This document shows, piece after piece, positions 1-8,971 of a DNA stretch of 64,000 bases (positions are counted from its first letter, which is position 1; every line of letters starts with the position of its first letter). Source of the DNA: Candidatus Dormiibacterota bacterium (GTDB lineage Bacteria; Chloroflexota; Dormibacteria; Aeolococcales; Aeolococcaceae); NCBI GenBank assembly GCA_963748505.1, contig CAVVJH010000003.1:438960-502959 (forward strand), in the 5' to 3' direction. The notes under the pieces are model-generated. The model did not search any database. It was given only the letters and a program-made list of their open reading frames with translations, and was not told the origin of the DNA. Position numbers and translations under genes: made by a program.

Positions 1-448
1 TTTCGGCACCGGCGTGGTTCAGACGCCGCGAGCCCGCCGCGGTTGCCCACCACTCACGGGTGCCGGTGAGCGGCGTCGCGGCGGGCGGATAACGCAGATG
101 AGCATCGCGCGGGGCATCGCGCCAGATGAGGTTGCCGGTACCGACGGCGACCGTGCCGTCGACGAGCAACAGCTTGCCGTGCGCTGCCTCGGGACCCACA
201 CCGGCGACGCGGCACTCCCCGCCCGCAGCGATCAGCGCTCGCGCTGTTGCCGCATTGCCATCCGAGGCGTGCGCATCGAGCACGACGCGGACTCGGACAC
301 CGCGTGCAACCGCACGGCCCAGCGCCCAGCGGTACGAAGGACCCGCTTCATAGATGGCCGCGTCGATGCTGTGGCGCGCGCCGCCAAGAAGACGCATGAG
401 CATCGTCCCCGCCGCATCAGGACCGAGCGCGCAGGTCAGTATCGTCAT
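1..448 (-). CDS. Phospholipase D-family (HKD) protein; its 3' end runs off the window start
   Basis: Reverse translation gives MRLLGGARHSIDAAIYEAGPSYRWALGRAVARGVRVRVVLDAHASDGNAATARALIAAGGECRVAGVGPEAAHGKLLLVDGTVAVGTGNLIW, with an HxK(x)4D PLD motif (HGKLLLVD). It is not in the ORF track because it is open at the edge. Start is ATG at about 448 (alt 458). Confidence 0.6.
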   Translation of the reverse strand, partial: MTILTCALGPDAAGTMLMRLLGGARHSIDAAIYEAGPSYRWALGRAVARGVRVRVVLDAHASDGNAATARALIAAGGECRVAGVGPEAAHGKLLLVDGTVAVGTGNLIWRDAPRDAHLRYPPAATPLTGTREWWATAAGSRRLNHAGAE

Positions 449-566
449 GCGATACGTCGGCCGGCACGCGGCACAGAGCGCACCCCACCACGCTACGTGT
501 CGTGTACGCCGGTGACGCGTACGGTGTCATGACGCGACGCGCGTCACCGGATGTCGGCGCGACGAG

Positions 567-1085
567 CTAGGCCGTGGCCGGTCCCTGCTTGGCACTGAGC
601 GCTCTGAGTGCCTCGGCGTGCTGCTTCACGTGGGCGACGACATCGTCGAGCACCGTGTCCTGCGCCTGAAGATGTTGCTGCAGCTGGAGGCATTCGCTGA
701 GGATTGCCTCAGCGTCCTTGTAGGTCTGCTCCGACCGCTTGTCAGACGCCTTGCCTTGAATGTTCTGTCCCACGATGATGATGGGGAGCAGGACCAGCTG
801 GATGAACGTCTGCGCGATCCACGCGATGATGACGATCAACGATCCGCTCTTGATCGCCTCGGGAAGGCTGATGAACGCGAGGATGGTGAACGCGTACGCG
901 CACCACATCGTTCCGACGACCGCGGTGATGATCAACGCCACTCTGCCGTTGACACCCACGCTCTCGTCCTTGATCTTGACCGGCTTGTCGTTCCTGCGCT
1001 GCGCGATGCGCGGATGTTCGATGTGGTGGAACAGCTCCTCGACCTTGGGAATCGAAGGTGGCTTCTGCATTGGCTGATCCGTCAT
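567..1085 (-). CDS. DUF1003-family small membrane protein
   Basis: 172 aa with two predicted TM helices and a conserved C-terminal segment IAWIAQTFIQLVLLPIIIVGQNIQGKASDKRSEQTYKDAE typical of DUF1003. Local GC is lower than the surroundings. Confidence 0.6.
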   Translation of the reverse strand: MTDQPMQKPPSIPKVEELFHHIEHPRIAQRRNDKPVKIKDESVGVNGRVALIITAVVGTMWCAYAFTILAFISLPEAIKSGSLIVIIAWIAQTFIQLVLLPIIIVGQNIQGKASDKRSEQTYKDAEAILSECLQLQQHLQAQDTVLDDVVAHVKQHAEALRALSAKQGPATA

Positions 1086-1186
1086 CTACCGTCTCCTGAC
1101 ACTGGGCACCCTGAGGTGAGCGCCCGATTCGCGCGCAATCGTGCACGATGCGATCGGGTTTGAGTGGGGTCAGCGAGTGCGCCGCT

Positions 1187-1909
1187 TCAGGGGCGGCGCC
1201 GCAACATCGCCGGTGGTCGCGACCGGCGCAGGCTCCACGCGGGCTGTCGCTCAACGAATTCATACATCGCCGCGGGGCGACCCGGACCACCTTTCGCGAG
1301 AGTCCCGGTGGCGCGCACCAGCCCTGATGATTCCAGCTCACGCCGGAAATTCGAGGGCTCGTAGGTGACGCCGCTGATGGCCTCGAAGACCCGCCGCGCC
1401 TGCGGCATCGTGAACTGCTCCGGGAGCAGTCCGACGGCGATGTTCGACCACCAGAGCTTGCCGCGGAGCCGTTCGACGGCGTCATTGACGATGCGCGGAT
1501 GGTCGAACCCCAGCGGTGGCGACGCATCCACCGGCTCCCACCGCGCGCCGGTCCCCTCGGACCGGAGCACCGTCGCATCGATGAGGGCGAGATAGGCGAC
1601 CGTCGGAATCCAGCCCCGCGGATCGCGGTCGGGATCGCCATAGGTTTCGAGCTGCTCGAGGTAGACCGCACCGACGCCGGTTTTCTCGGTGAGCTTGCGT
1701 TGCGCCGTCTCCTCCGGCCGCTCGCTCGGGCTCATGAAGCCGCCGGGGAGCACCCACTTCCCGGCGAAGGGCGCCTCAGCCCGTTGCACGAGCAGCACGT
1801 GGAGCCGGCCCGAGAGTGGCGCGAGCACGACCGGCACCGCGTACACCCCTGCGGGGGCGGGGAACCCCGCGGAGTTGACGGCGGTCCAGTTGGCGTCGGT
1901 GGATGGCAT
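1187..1909 (-). CDS. Nudix hydrolase with C-terminal winged-helix (NrtR-like) domain
   Basis: Nudix box GKWVLPGGFMSPSERPEETAQRKLTEKTG, plus a C-terminal region resembling NrtR DNA-binding domains. The ORF-track start is 1984; the start chosen here is an internal ATG (MPSTDANW) that avoids overlap with the divergent gene. Confidence 0.65.
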   Translation of the reverse strand: MPSTDANWTAVNSAGFPAPAGVYAVPVVLAPLSGRLHVLLVQRAEAPFAGKWVLPGGFMSPSERPEETAQRKLTEKTGVGAVYLEQLETYGDPDRDPRGWIPTVAYLALIDATVLRSEGTGARWEPVDASPPLGFDHPRIVNDAVERLRGKLWWSNIAVGLLPEQFTMPQARRVFEAISGVTYEPSNFRRELESSGLVRATGTLAKGGPGRPAAMYEFVERQPAWSLRRSRPPAMLRRRP

Positions 1910-1946
1910 CGCGATCGATTGTGGCGACGCGCTAGGCTGCGTTGCG

Positions 1947-2774
1947 ATGGAGAGCGGGAATATCACCACCGCGAATGGCTTCAAAGGCGCCTACGCGGAA
2001 GTGTTCTCGAGAGTCGGTGCGCTCGCGGCGACACTCGACGATCGGCGCGCTCTGCTCCCGACCGGGTGCCCGGGTTGGACGGTGCGCGACCACGTGGCCC
2101 ATATCGTCGACCTGGAAAGCGTGCTGATCGGCAGGCAACGCGCCGATCACGACGTGCCCGAGGGCCTTCCCCACATTCGCAACAAACCCGGGGAGTTCAT
2201 GGAGATCGGCGTCGATGTCCGCCGCGCAGTCCCCCTTGCCGATCTGCTGGCCGAGTACCGGGAGGTCACCACCGAGCGGCTCGCGTCGCTCGCCACCCTC
2301 AACGATGCCCAGCTCGAGGAGATGGCGCCGGGCTTCTTCGGCACCGGAAAGCGCCGCTCCCTGCTCGCCATCCGCGTCTTCGACATCTGGGCGCACGAGC
2401 AGGATATTCGCCGCGCCCTCGGCGAAGCCGGTGGGCTCGACGGCATCGCGGGCCCGCACAGCCGCGAGCGGATGTTGATGGGCGCGGGGAGCGGGATTCA
2501 GGAGCGCATGGCTCCGCCTGCCGGCACCGTCGTCATGTTCGAGGTCACCGGCGCGGGTGGCGCGCTGCGCTCCATCGTCTTCGACGGCGAGCGCGGGCGC
2601 TCGGGAACGAAGGTACCCGAGGCAGCGAGGTCGACCTTGCGGCTTGACCTGCCCACCTTGACCGTGCTCGCCTGCGGTCGTGCTGACGATCCGGATGCGC
2701 GCTCACGGGTTATCGTCGAGGGTGACCAGAACTTTGGGCGTCAGGTCCTCGAAGACCTGGCGGTCACGCCGTGA
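1947..2774 (+). CDS. DinB-like / mycothiol-dependent maleylpyruvate-isomerase N-terminal domain protein (TIGR03083-like)
   Basis: MESGNITTANGFKGAYAEVFSRVGALAATLDDRRALLPTGCPGWTVRDHVAHIVDLE matches the actinobacterial TIGR03083/MDMPI_N family. The ORF track extends to 1689, but that region is antisense to the Nudix gene. Confidence 0.65.
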   Translation: MESGNITTANGFKGAYAEVFSRVGALAATLDDRRALLPTGCPGWTVRDHVAHIVDLESVLIGRQRADHDVPEGLPHIRNKPGEFMEIGVDVRRAVPLADLLAEYREVTTERLASLATLNDAQLEEMAPGFFGTGKRRSLLAIRVFDIWAHEQDIRRALGEAGGLDGIAGPHSRERMLMGAGSGIQERMAPPAGTVVMFEVTGAGGALRSIVFDGERGRSGTKVPEAARSTLRLDLPTLTVLACGRADDPDARSRVIVEGDQNFGRQVLEDLAVTP

Positions 2775-3277
2775 AAGGTGCCGTGCTCGCCGCGCTGGCG
2801 TCAGCGGTGATGCTCGCGGGCTGTGGTCTCCAGCAGGATCTGTCCAACGTGCCCTTCGGCAACGGACCGGTCGGCCCCGCACCACCGATTCGCGCGCCGA
2901 CCCTCACGGGGCCGCAGTACGACTGGTCGTCGACCCGGGGACATGTGCTCGTCGTCGATTTCTGGGGCTCGTGGTGCGAGCCGTGCCGTGCCGAGCAATC
3001 CGAGTTGAACAAGCTGGTGACCCAGTACGCGCCCAAAGGCGTGGTGTTCGTTGGCGTTGACCTCAAGGACAACAACCCCGCGGGCATGGCCTACGAGCGC
3101 AGCTTCAAGGTCGCCTATCCAAGCGTCAATGACTCGAGCCAAGTGATCGCCTCGGAGTACAACGTCATCGACCCACCGACGGTGGTCATCGTGGACGCCA
3201 AGGGCAACATCGTGGATCGGTTTCTCGGCACACTATCGGGCGTGAGCAACGACCTCAACCGTCTCCTGCCGTCGTGA
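2771..3277 (+). CDS. TlpA/ResA-like thiol:disulfide oxidoreductase lipoprotein
   Basis: Signal peptide with lipobox (LAGC), thioredoxin-fold WCEPC active site, and a GTGA start/stop overlap with the upstream gene. Confidence 0.8.
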   Translation: MKGAVLAALASAVMLAGCGLQQDLSNVPFGNGPVGPAPPIRAPTLTGPQYDWSSTRGHVLVVDFWGSWCEPCRAEQSELNKLVTQYAPKGVVFVGVDLKDNNPAGMAYERSFKVAYPSVNDSSQVIASEYNVIDPPTVVIVDAKGNIVDRFLGTLSGVSNDLNRLLPS

Positions 3278-4488
3278 CCCAGATCACCGTCTACGGCGCG
3301 CCGTGGTGTCCTGATTGCAAGCGCGCCAAGAAGTTTCTCGGCGAGCAGCGGGTCATGTTCGACTGGGTCGACATCGACCAGGACGCCGCCGGACTAGCGC
3401 ATGTTGAGGAGTTGCAGAAGGGCGGACGCACCATCCCGACGATCGTCTTCGACGGGGCGGAGATGCTCGTCGACCCGACCAACGAAGACCTGGCGCGCAA
3501 GCTCGGCCTCACGCTCGAAGCCAAGCGCGGCTGCTACGACCTCGCCATCATCGGTGGTGGGCCGGCCGGGCTCGCCGCGGCCATCTACGCGGCCCGCGAA
3601 GGAATCGACGCCGTCGTCGTCGAACGCAGCGGGCTCGGAGGACAGGCCGGCGTCACCGAGCGCATCGACAACTATCCAGGCTTTCCCGACGGTGTCGGCG
3701 GCGCCGACCTGGCAGAGCGCTTCATCGCCCAGGCGCGGCGCTACGAGGTCGAACTGCTGAGCGCCGTGAGCGTTGAGAGCATCGCAACCGGAGGGTCCGA
3801 GAACGGCGACGTATGCCTGAAGCTCGCGAGCGGTCAGGAGATCGAGACCCACGCCGCGCTCATCGCGACCGGTTCTTCGTATCGGCGCCTCGGCATCCCC
3901 GGCGAGGAGGACCTCATCGGCGCCGAAGTCCACTTCTGCGCCACCTGCGACGGTCCCTTCTACCGCGGCGCCGAGGAGCTTCTGGTCATCGGTGGCGGTA
4001 ACTCGGCGCTCGAGGAAGGACTCTTTCTCCTGAAATTCGCGAAGCAGATCCGCATCGTCCAGCGTGATCCGGAGCTGACCGCGTCACGGCTGGTGCAGGA
4101 CAAGGTCAACAACGACCCTCGCTTCATCGTGCACCGCAATACCGAGGTGGTCGAGCTCACCGGCAAGGGCAAGCTCGAGTCGGTCCGGCTCCGCGACCGG
4201 GCCACCGGCGAGGAGCTGGTGGTCCACCCTCGCGCCGCGTTCGTGTTCATCGGCCTCGACCCCAACACTGCCTTCCTCCGCGGCAGCGTCGACCTCGACG
4301 CCCGCGGCTTTGTCGACGACAAGGGCGGTTTCAAGACCTCGATTGCCGGGGTCTTCGCCGCCGGCGACGTCCGGCGTGGCTCCACCAAGCAGCTCGGGTC
4401 GGCCGTGGGTGACGGCATTGCGGCGCTGATCGCCATTCGCGAGTATCTCCAGGAACACCACGACGTGGCTCCGCATCCCGAGGATTGA
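3274..4488 (+). CDS. trxB: Glutaredoxin-like (NrdH/YruB-type) domain fused to thioredoxin-disulfide reductase
   Basis: N-terminal about 80 aa reads VYGAPWCPDCKRAKKFLGEQRVMFDWVDID...TIPTIVFDG (CPDC redoxin). The remainder is a class-II pyridine-nucleotide disulfide oxidoreductase with GGGPAGLAAA FAD site, CATC redox-active disulfide and GGGNSALEEG NADPH site. ATGA overlap with the TlpA gene. Confidence 0.85.
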   Translation: MTQITVYGAPWCPDCKRAKKFLGEQRVMFDWVDIDQDAAGLAHVEELQKGGRTIPTIVFDGAEMLVDPTNEDLARKLGLTLEAKRGCYDLAIIGGGPAGLAAAIYAAREGIDAVVVERSGLGGQAGVTERIDNYPGFPDGVGGADLAERFIAQARRYEVELLSAVSVESIATGGSENGDVCLKLASGQEIETHAALIATGSSYRRLGIPGEEDLIGAEVHFCATCDGPFYRGAEELLVIGGGNSALEEGLFLLKFAKQIRIVQRDPELTASRLVQDKVNNDPRFIVHRNTEVVELTGKGKLESVRLRDRATGEELVVHPRAAFVFIGLDPNTAFLRGSVDLDARGFVDDKGGFKTSIAGVFAAGDVRRGSTKQLGSAVGDGIAALIAIREYLQEHHDVAPHPED

Positions 4489-4498
4489 AGCGGGCGCG

Positions 4499-4528
4499 AT
4501 TGCAGGGTGCTATAGTGCGCAACGCAAT
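4499..4528 (+). promoter_or_regulatory. Putative PadR promoter/operator: imperfect inverted repeat ATTGCagggtGC-TATAGT-GCgcaacGCAAT centred on a TATAGT -10-like hexamer
   Basis: TATAGT lies at 4511-4516, 12 nt upstream of the PadR ATG, flanked by ATTGC...GCAAT arms. A short or leaderless transcript is implied. Confidence 0.35.
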
Positions 4529-5242
4529 ATGGAAACCCGCACGCAACCGAAGGACATGGTCGCCCTCACGACCCTGGGACTGCTCAGCGAGCAGCCCTGC
4601 CATCCGTACGAGATCCAGCGCCTGCTGAAGGAACGCCACAAGTCGTACGCGGTCGGCAAGACCAGGACCCTGTATCGAGCCATCGATGAGCTGGAGGCCG
4701 CCGGCTACATCGAGCCACTCGAGACCAGCCGCGAAGGGCGGCGGCCCGAGCGCACCGTCTACCGGATCACCGTCGAAGGGCGCGAGGAACTCGAGAACTG
4801 GCTCGGCGACCTGCTCGCCACGCCGGTGAGCGAGGTACCGGTGTTCAGCGTCGCGGTCGGCCTGCTTGGGTACATCGGCCAGGACCGCGCCGAATCGGCG
4901 CTTGCCAGCCGGCTGGTGAGCCTGCAGGCACGCAACCTCGCGCTCGAGGCGACCCTGCGCCTGGCCCAGGACGACCTCGGGCTGCCTCGCCTCGTGCTCC
5001 TCGAGCTCGAGCACGCGATCGCGCTGGGAACGGGCGAGCTCAACTGGGTGCGCTCGTTGATCGCCGACATGCAGTCCGGCGCGCTGGTGTGGAACGAGGC
5101 GCTCATCCGGGCCCACTTCGAGGCGATGCACGCCGCGGACGCGGCGCGGCGCGCTCGCCACGCGGACCATCACCTCACCAGGCTCCCGCACATCGCGGAG
5201 CCGCACATACAGACAGCCGGCAAGCGGGAGGAAACGCAATGA
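4529..5242 (+). CDS. PadR-family transcriptional regulator (with C-terminal extension)
   Basis: Winged-helix PadR signature LLSEQPCHPYEIQRLLKERHKSYAVGKTRTLYRAIDELEAAGYIE. ATGA overlap with the downstream ABC ATPase suggests a PadR-ABC operon. Confidence 0.85.
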   Translation: METRTQPKDMVALTTLGLLSEQPCHPYEIQRLLKERHKSYAVGKTRTLYRAIDELEAAGYIEPLETSREGRRPERTVYRITVEGREELENWLGDLLATPVSEVPVFSVAVGLLGYIGQDRAESALASRLVSLQARNLALEATLRLAQDDLGLPRLVLLELEHAIALGTGELNWVRSLIADMQSGALVWNEALIRAHFEAMHAADAARRARHADHHLTRLPHIAEPHIQTAGKREETQ

Positions 5243-6183
5243 TCGAAACCCACAATCTGCGAAGAACATTCAAGAGCCGCAAGGGCCCGGTGGAGGCGGT
5301 CGCCGGCGTGGACCTCGACGTCAAGAAGGGCGAGATCTTCGGCTTCCTCGGCCCCAACGGCGCCGGGAAGACAACCACACTGCGCATGCTGTCGACGCTG
5401 CTGCCGCCGACCTCGGGTGAAGCAACGGTCGCGGGCTTCGACCTCCGGCGCGACGCCGCCAAGGTGCGCTACGAGATCGGCTACGTGAGTCAGGAAGGCA
5501 GCAGCGCGCCGGAAGTACCGGGGCGCACCGAGCTGATCATCCAGGGCCGCCTCTACGGCATGACCAAGGTGCGCGCCCAGGAACGCGCGCAGGAGCTCAT
5601 CACCTCGCTCGAGCTCGAGGACTGCGCCGACCGGCAGACCAAGACCTACTCGGGTGGGCAGCGGCGCCGGCTCGATATCGGTGTCGGGCTCATGCACCTG
5701 CCCCAACTCCTGTTCCTCGACGAGCCCACGACGGGTCTCGATCCACAAAGTCGCGCGCGCATGTGGGACGAGGTGCGCAGGCTGCGCGACACCGGTACGA
5801 CCGTGTTCCTCACGACGCACTACCTCGAGGAGGCGGACGCGCTCTCCGACCGCATCGCGATCATCGACCACGGCAAGATCGTGGCGCTGGGCACGCCCGA
5901 CGAATTGAAGCGGCAGGTGGCGGGCGACGTGGTCGTGGTGGGCACCGACAACGCGAGCGATCGCGTGCTCGAGCTGCTCAAGGGACAGCCGTTCGTACGA
6001 GAGGCAACCGCCGGCGAGGGAGTCGTGCGTTTCTACGTCGATCGAGGCGAGACCGCCATGCCGCAGATCATTCGCGCGCTCGACACCGCCGGGATTCCAA
6101 TCGCATCACTGTCACTCAACCGACCAAGCCTCGACGACGTGTTCCTGCGTCAGACCGGACGCTCGCTCCGCGAAGCGGCCTAG
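5239..6183 (+). CDS. ABC transporter ATP-binding protein (ABC-2/DrrA-like exporter)
   Basis: Walker A GPNGAGKTT, signature YSGGQRRRLDIG, Walker B LLFLDEPTTGLD, plus a C-terminal accessory domain. Start refined to the ATG at MIETHNL. Confidence 0.9.
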   Translation: MIETHNLRRTFKSRKGPVEAVAGVDLDVKKGEIFGFLGPNGAGKTTTLRMLSTLLPPTSGEATVAGFDLRRDAAKVRYEIGYVSQEGSSAPEVPGRTELIIQGRLYGMTKVRAQERAQELITSLELEDCADRQTKTYSGGQRRRLDIGVGLMHLPQLLFLDEPTTGLDPQSRARMWDEVRRLRDTGTTVFLTTHYLEEADALSDRIAIIDHGKIVALGTPDELKRQVAGDVVVVGTDNASDRVLELLKGQPFVREATAGEGVVRFYVDRGETAMPQIIRALDTAGIPIASLSLNRPSLDDVFLRQTGRSLREAA

Positions 6184-6194
6184 GAGATCCGCTC

Positions 6195-6956
6195 ATGAAA
6201 CTGCTCAAAGACACCTGGCTGATGTTTCAGCGCTATCTCTTCGTGTTTCTTCGCAATCCAGCGTGGGTCGCGATCGGTGTCATTCAGCCGCTGCTGTACC
6301 TGGTGCTCTTCGCGCCGCTCTTGAAGTCGCTGGTCAACGTGCAGGGCTTTCCTGCCGGAGGTGCGTACAACGTGTTCGTCCCGGGCCTGCTCATCCAGCT
6401 CGGACTCTTCGGTGCGAGCGGCGTCGGCTTCGGGCTCATCGCTGAGCTGCGTGCCGGCGTCATCGAGCGATTCCGGGTCACGCCGGTCAGCCGCTTCGCG
6501 CTGCTGCTCGGTCGCGCGCTGCGCGACATTCTCACCATGGTCGTGCAGTCGTTGATCCTGTTGCTGCTCGCGATTCCGTTCGGGCTGAAGCCCACGTTCG
6601 TCGGAATCGTGATCATGCTCGGGCTGGTTGCGCTGATCGGTCTCGGCATGTCATCACTCGCCTATGCCGCGGCGCTGGCCTTGAAGAGCGAAGACTCGTA
6701 CGCGCCACTGATCTTCACGCTGTCCTTGCCGCTGCTGCTCCTGAGCGGCGTGCTCCTGCCCTTGAACCTCGCACCGCAGTGGTTGCAGGACATCGGGAAA
6801 GCCAATCCGCTCTCCTACGCAGTCAATGCCGCGCGCGATCTCTTCAACGGCAGGGGAGCCGACGCGGCGGTGTTCGAAGGGCTCGCCATCATGGCCGTGC
6901 TGGCACTGGTCGGTGTCGTGATCGGCGCGCGCCGGTTCAGCCGGGCGATCGCCTGA
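6195..6956 (+). CDS. ABC-2 type transporter permease
   Basis: Six predicted TM segments. An AGGAG RBS at 6183-6187 lies 8 nt upstream of ATG 6195. The ORF-track 5' extension is spurious. Confidence 0.85.
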   Translation: MKLLKDTWLMFQRYLFVFLRNPAWVAIGVIQPLLYLVLFAPLLKSLVNVQGFPAGGAYNVFVPGLLIQLGLFGASGVGFGLIAELRAGVIERFRVTPVSRFALLLGRALRDILTMVVQSLILLLLAIPFGLKPTFVGIVIMLGLVALIGLGMSSLAYAAALALKSEDSYAPLIFTLSLPLLLLSGVLLPLNLAPQWLQDIGKANPLSYAVNAARDLFNGRGADAAVFEGLAIMAVLALVGVVIGARRFSRAIA

Positions 6957-6965
6957 GGAACGCTC

Positions 6966-7355
6966 TCAACTCCTGAGCGCGGGAGTGTTCTCGAAGCACG
7001 AGCGGACCACCGCGCCCAGCCCTGGGAGGCTGAAGGGCTTGGTGATCAGGTGGTTCGCTCCGGCGAGACGCGCGCGCTCCACGTCGGCATCCGCCGACAG
7101 CGAGGTGAAGACGAGCACCGGCATCGACTGCGTCTCCGGTTTGGCGCGGATGCTTCGACAGACCTCGATGCCGTCGACGCCCGGCATCATGACGTCGAGA
7201 ATCGCAAGGTCGAACTGCTCACTCTCGAGCACGGACAGCGCTTCGGTGCCGTCCTGTACCTCTCTGACTTCGAATCCTTCCATGCTGAGATACAGCCCGA
7301 CGACGTGCAGCAAGCGCGGTTCGTCGTCAGCGAGAAGGATGCGCTGCTGGGTCAA
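6966..7355 (-). CDS. Orphan response-regulator receiver domain (CheY-like, no output domain)
   Basis: TQQRILLADDEPRLLHVVGLYLSMEGFEVREVQDGTEALSVLESEQFDLAILDVMMPGVDGIEVCRSIRAKPETQSMPVLVFTSLSADADVERARLAGANHLITKPF carries the phosphoacceptor Asp and the T/K residues. A TTG start with a GGGAGG RBS fits better than the long ORF-track 5' extension. Confidence 0.7.
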   Translation of the reverse strand: MTQQRILLADDEPRLLHVVGLYLSMEGFEVREVQDGTEALSVLESEQFDLAILDVMMPGVDGIEVCRSIRAKPETQSMPVLVFTSLSADADVERARLAGANHLITKPFSLPGLGAVVRSCFENTPALRS

Positions 7356-7630
7356 CGGATGCGGCCTCCCGGGCGCGTGGACAGGTGCGTCATGCCAGTA
7401 TCGAGCGGGGCGCCCAATCGAATTGGGGGACCATCGTTCCGTCACCGGGCGGCGACATGTGGCCGAGGTGCGCGCGGCCGGGGACCCGACTGTGCTGGAT
7501 GATGGCGCGATGGTGGTCGAACGTGCGTCCGGCGAGCGAGGACTCACCGTCTGTGGCTGATCCCGACGCACCACGCCGCGGGACGCGGAGGATCCTCACC
7601 GAACCGCGGCGTCCGGCCTGGATCCGCGAG

Positions 7631-8959
7631 ATGCCCTCGGCACCCTGGCTCGCGGTGGGCACCGTCTGTGTCGGTGCGTTCATGGGGCAGCTCGACGCCA
7701 GCATCGTCACCACCGCGCTGCCATTCATCCAGGCCAACCTACACGCATCCATCGCTGCTGTCGAATGGGTCGTGCTCGTCTACGTGCTGGTGCTGGCTGG
7801 GACGGTGGCGGCCGTCGGCAAAATCGCCGATCGAATCGGCCGCAAGTTGCTCTACACGTATGGGTTCGCGATCTTCGTCGCGGGGTCCGCCGCGTGCGCA
7901 TACGCACCCTCGCTTGGACTGCTCGTGGCTGCGCGATTGGTGCAGGCGATCGGCGCTGTGATGCTGCAGGCGAACTCCTACGCGCTGATCCGTGATGTGT
8001 TGCCCACCTCGCGGCTCGGCGCAGGCCTTGGCATACAGGGTGCCGCGCAGGCGATTGGCTTGAGCGTCGGGCCGGCACTCGGCGGCGCGCTCACCGCCCT
8101 GGGTGGCTGGCGGCTCATCTTCCTGGTGAATGTCCCGATCGGCCTCATCGGGCTCGGGCTCGGATGGTTCCTGCTGCCGAGGAGCACCCATCACGACCGC
8201 GAGAGTCGCATCGATCCCTCGGGGACGCTGCTGCTCGCCGCGATCCCGGCCGCTGTCCTTGCGGGACTCTCGTTCGCCGCGCAGGCCGACAAACCCGCAT
8301 GGACCGAACCGGTATTGATCGGCATCGCGCTCATCCTCGTCATCGCGGCCGTGCTGCGGCAGCGAGGGGTGCCGGGCTCGGTGGTCGATGCAGCGCTGAT
8401 TCGGCTTCCTCCATTTGTCGCCGGCGTCAGCGCGGCCTTGCTCTCCTACACCGTCCTGTTCGGGTGCCTGGTCGCGGTGCCGTTCTCGCTCGAGAAGACC
8501 CAGCATGTCGGGGCCCTGACCGCCGGGCTGGAGCTGAGTGCGCTGCCGGTGGCGCTGGCGCTGGTGGCGCCGCTCGGCGGGCTGATCCGCGACCGGGTGG
8601 GGCCGCGGGTGCCGACCGGCGCCGGGATGCTGCTCACGGCCGCCGGCATGGGCGTGCTGGCGGCGTCGGAGACACGTCCGGGCCTGCTGGTCGTGGCGCT
8701 GGTCATCGCGGGCGCCGGGATGGGACTGTTCGTCGCCGCCAACAATGCCTCCACCATGTTCGCGGCGCCGCGACAACGAGCTGGCGCGGCAGGCGGGCTG
8801 CTCAACATGGCCCGCGGGCTGGGCACCGCACTCGGCGTATCGGTCACGTCGCTGGTGTTCGCCACCGGGCGAGGCTTGACCTCAGTCGCGATCCTGCTGC
8901 TCGCCATCGCGCTCCTGACCGGCGCGGTGAGCGTCACCTGGACAAGGTCCGGCGCCTGA
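7631..8959 (+). CDS. MFS transporter (DHA-type drug/H+ antiporter-like)
   Basis: About 14 TM segments with MFS motifs (GKIADRIGRK, LVQAIGAVM). Start refined to MPSAPW. Confidence 0.85.
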   Translation: MPSAPWLAVGTVCVGAFMGQLDASIVTTALPFIQANLHASIAAVEWVVLVYVLVLAGTVAAVGKIADRIGRKLLYTYGFAIFVAGSAACAYAPSLGLLVAARLVQAIGAVMLQANSYALIRDVLPTSRLGAGLGIQGAAQAIGLSVGPALGGALTALGGWRLIFLVNVPIGLIGLGLGWFLLPRSTHHDRESRIDPSGTLLLAAIPAAVLAGLSFAAQADKPAWTEPVLIGIALILVIAAVLRQRGVPGSVVDAALIRLPPFVAGVSAALLSYTVLFGCLVAVPFSLEKTQHVGALTAGLELSALPVALALVAPLGGLIRDRVGPRVPTGAGMLLTAAGMGVLAASETRPGLLVVALVIAGAGMGLFVAANNASTMFAAPRQRAGAAGGLLNMARGLGTALGVSVTSLVFATGRGLTSVAILLLAIALLTGAVSVTWTRSGA

Positions 8960-8971
8960 CGCGCGACTGAC

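Noticed and set aside
742-1671. 309-aa minus-strand ORF (Arg/Ser-rich) spanning the DUF1003 and Nudix genes
   Set aside because: Low-complexity translation, typical of antisense frames in 70% GC DNA. It overlaps two well-supported genes.
1499-2647. 382-aa plus ORF (R/G/P-rich)
   Set aside because: Antisense or alternate frame to the Nudix and DinB-like genes; no domain-like sequence.
4331-5269. 312-aa minus ORF overlapping PadR
   Set aside because: Antisense to a clearly recognisable PadR gene; composition-driven open frame.
7739-8776. 345-aa minus ORF (His/Arg/Asp-rich) inside the MFS gene
   Set aside because: Antisense of a multi-TM transporter gene; no motif.
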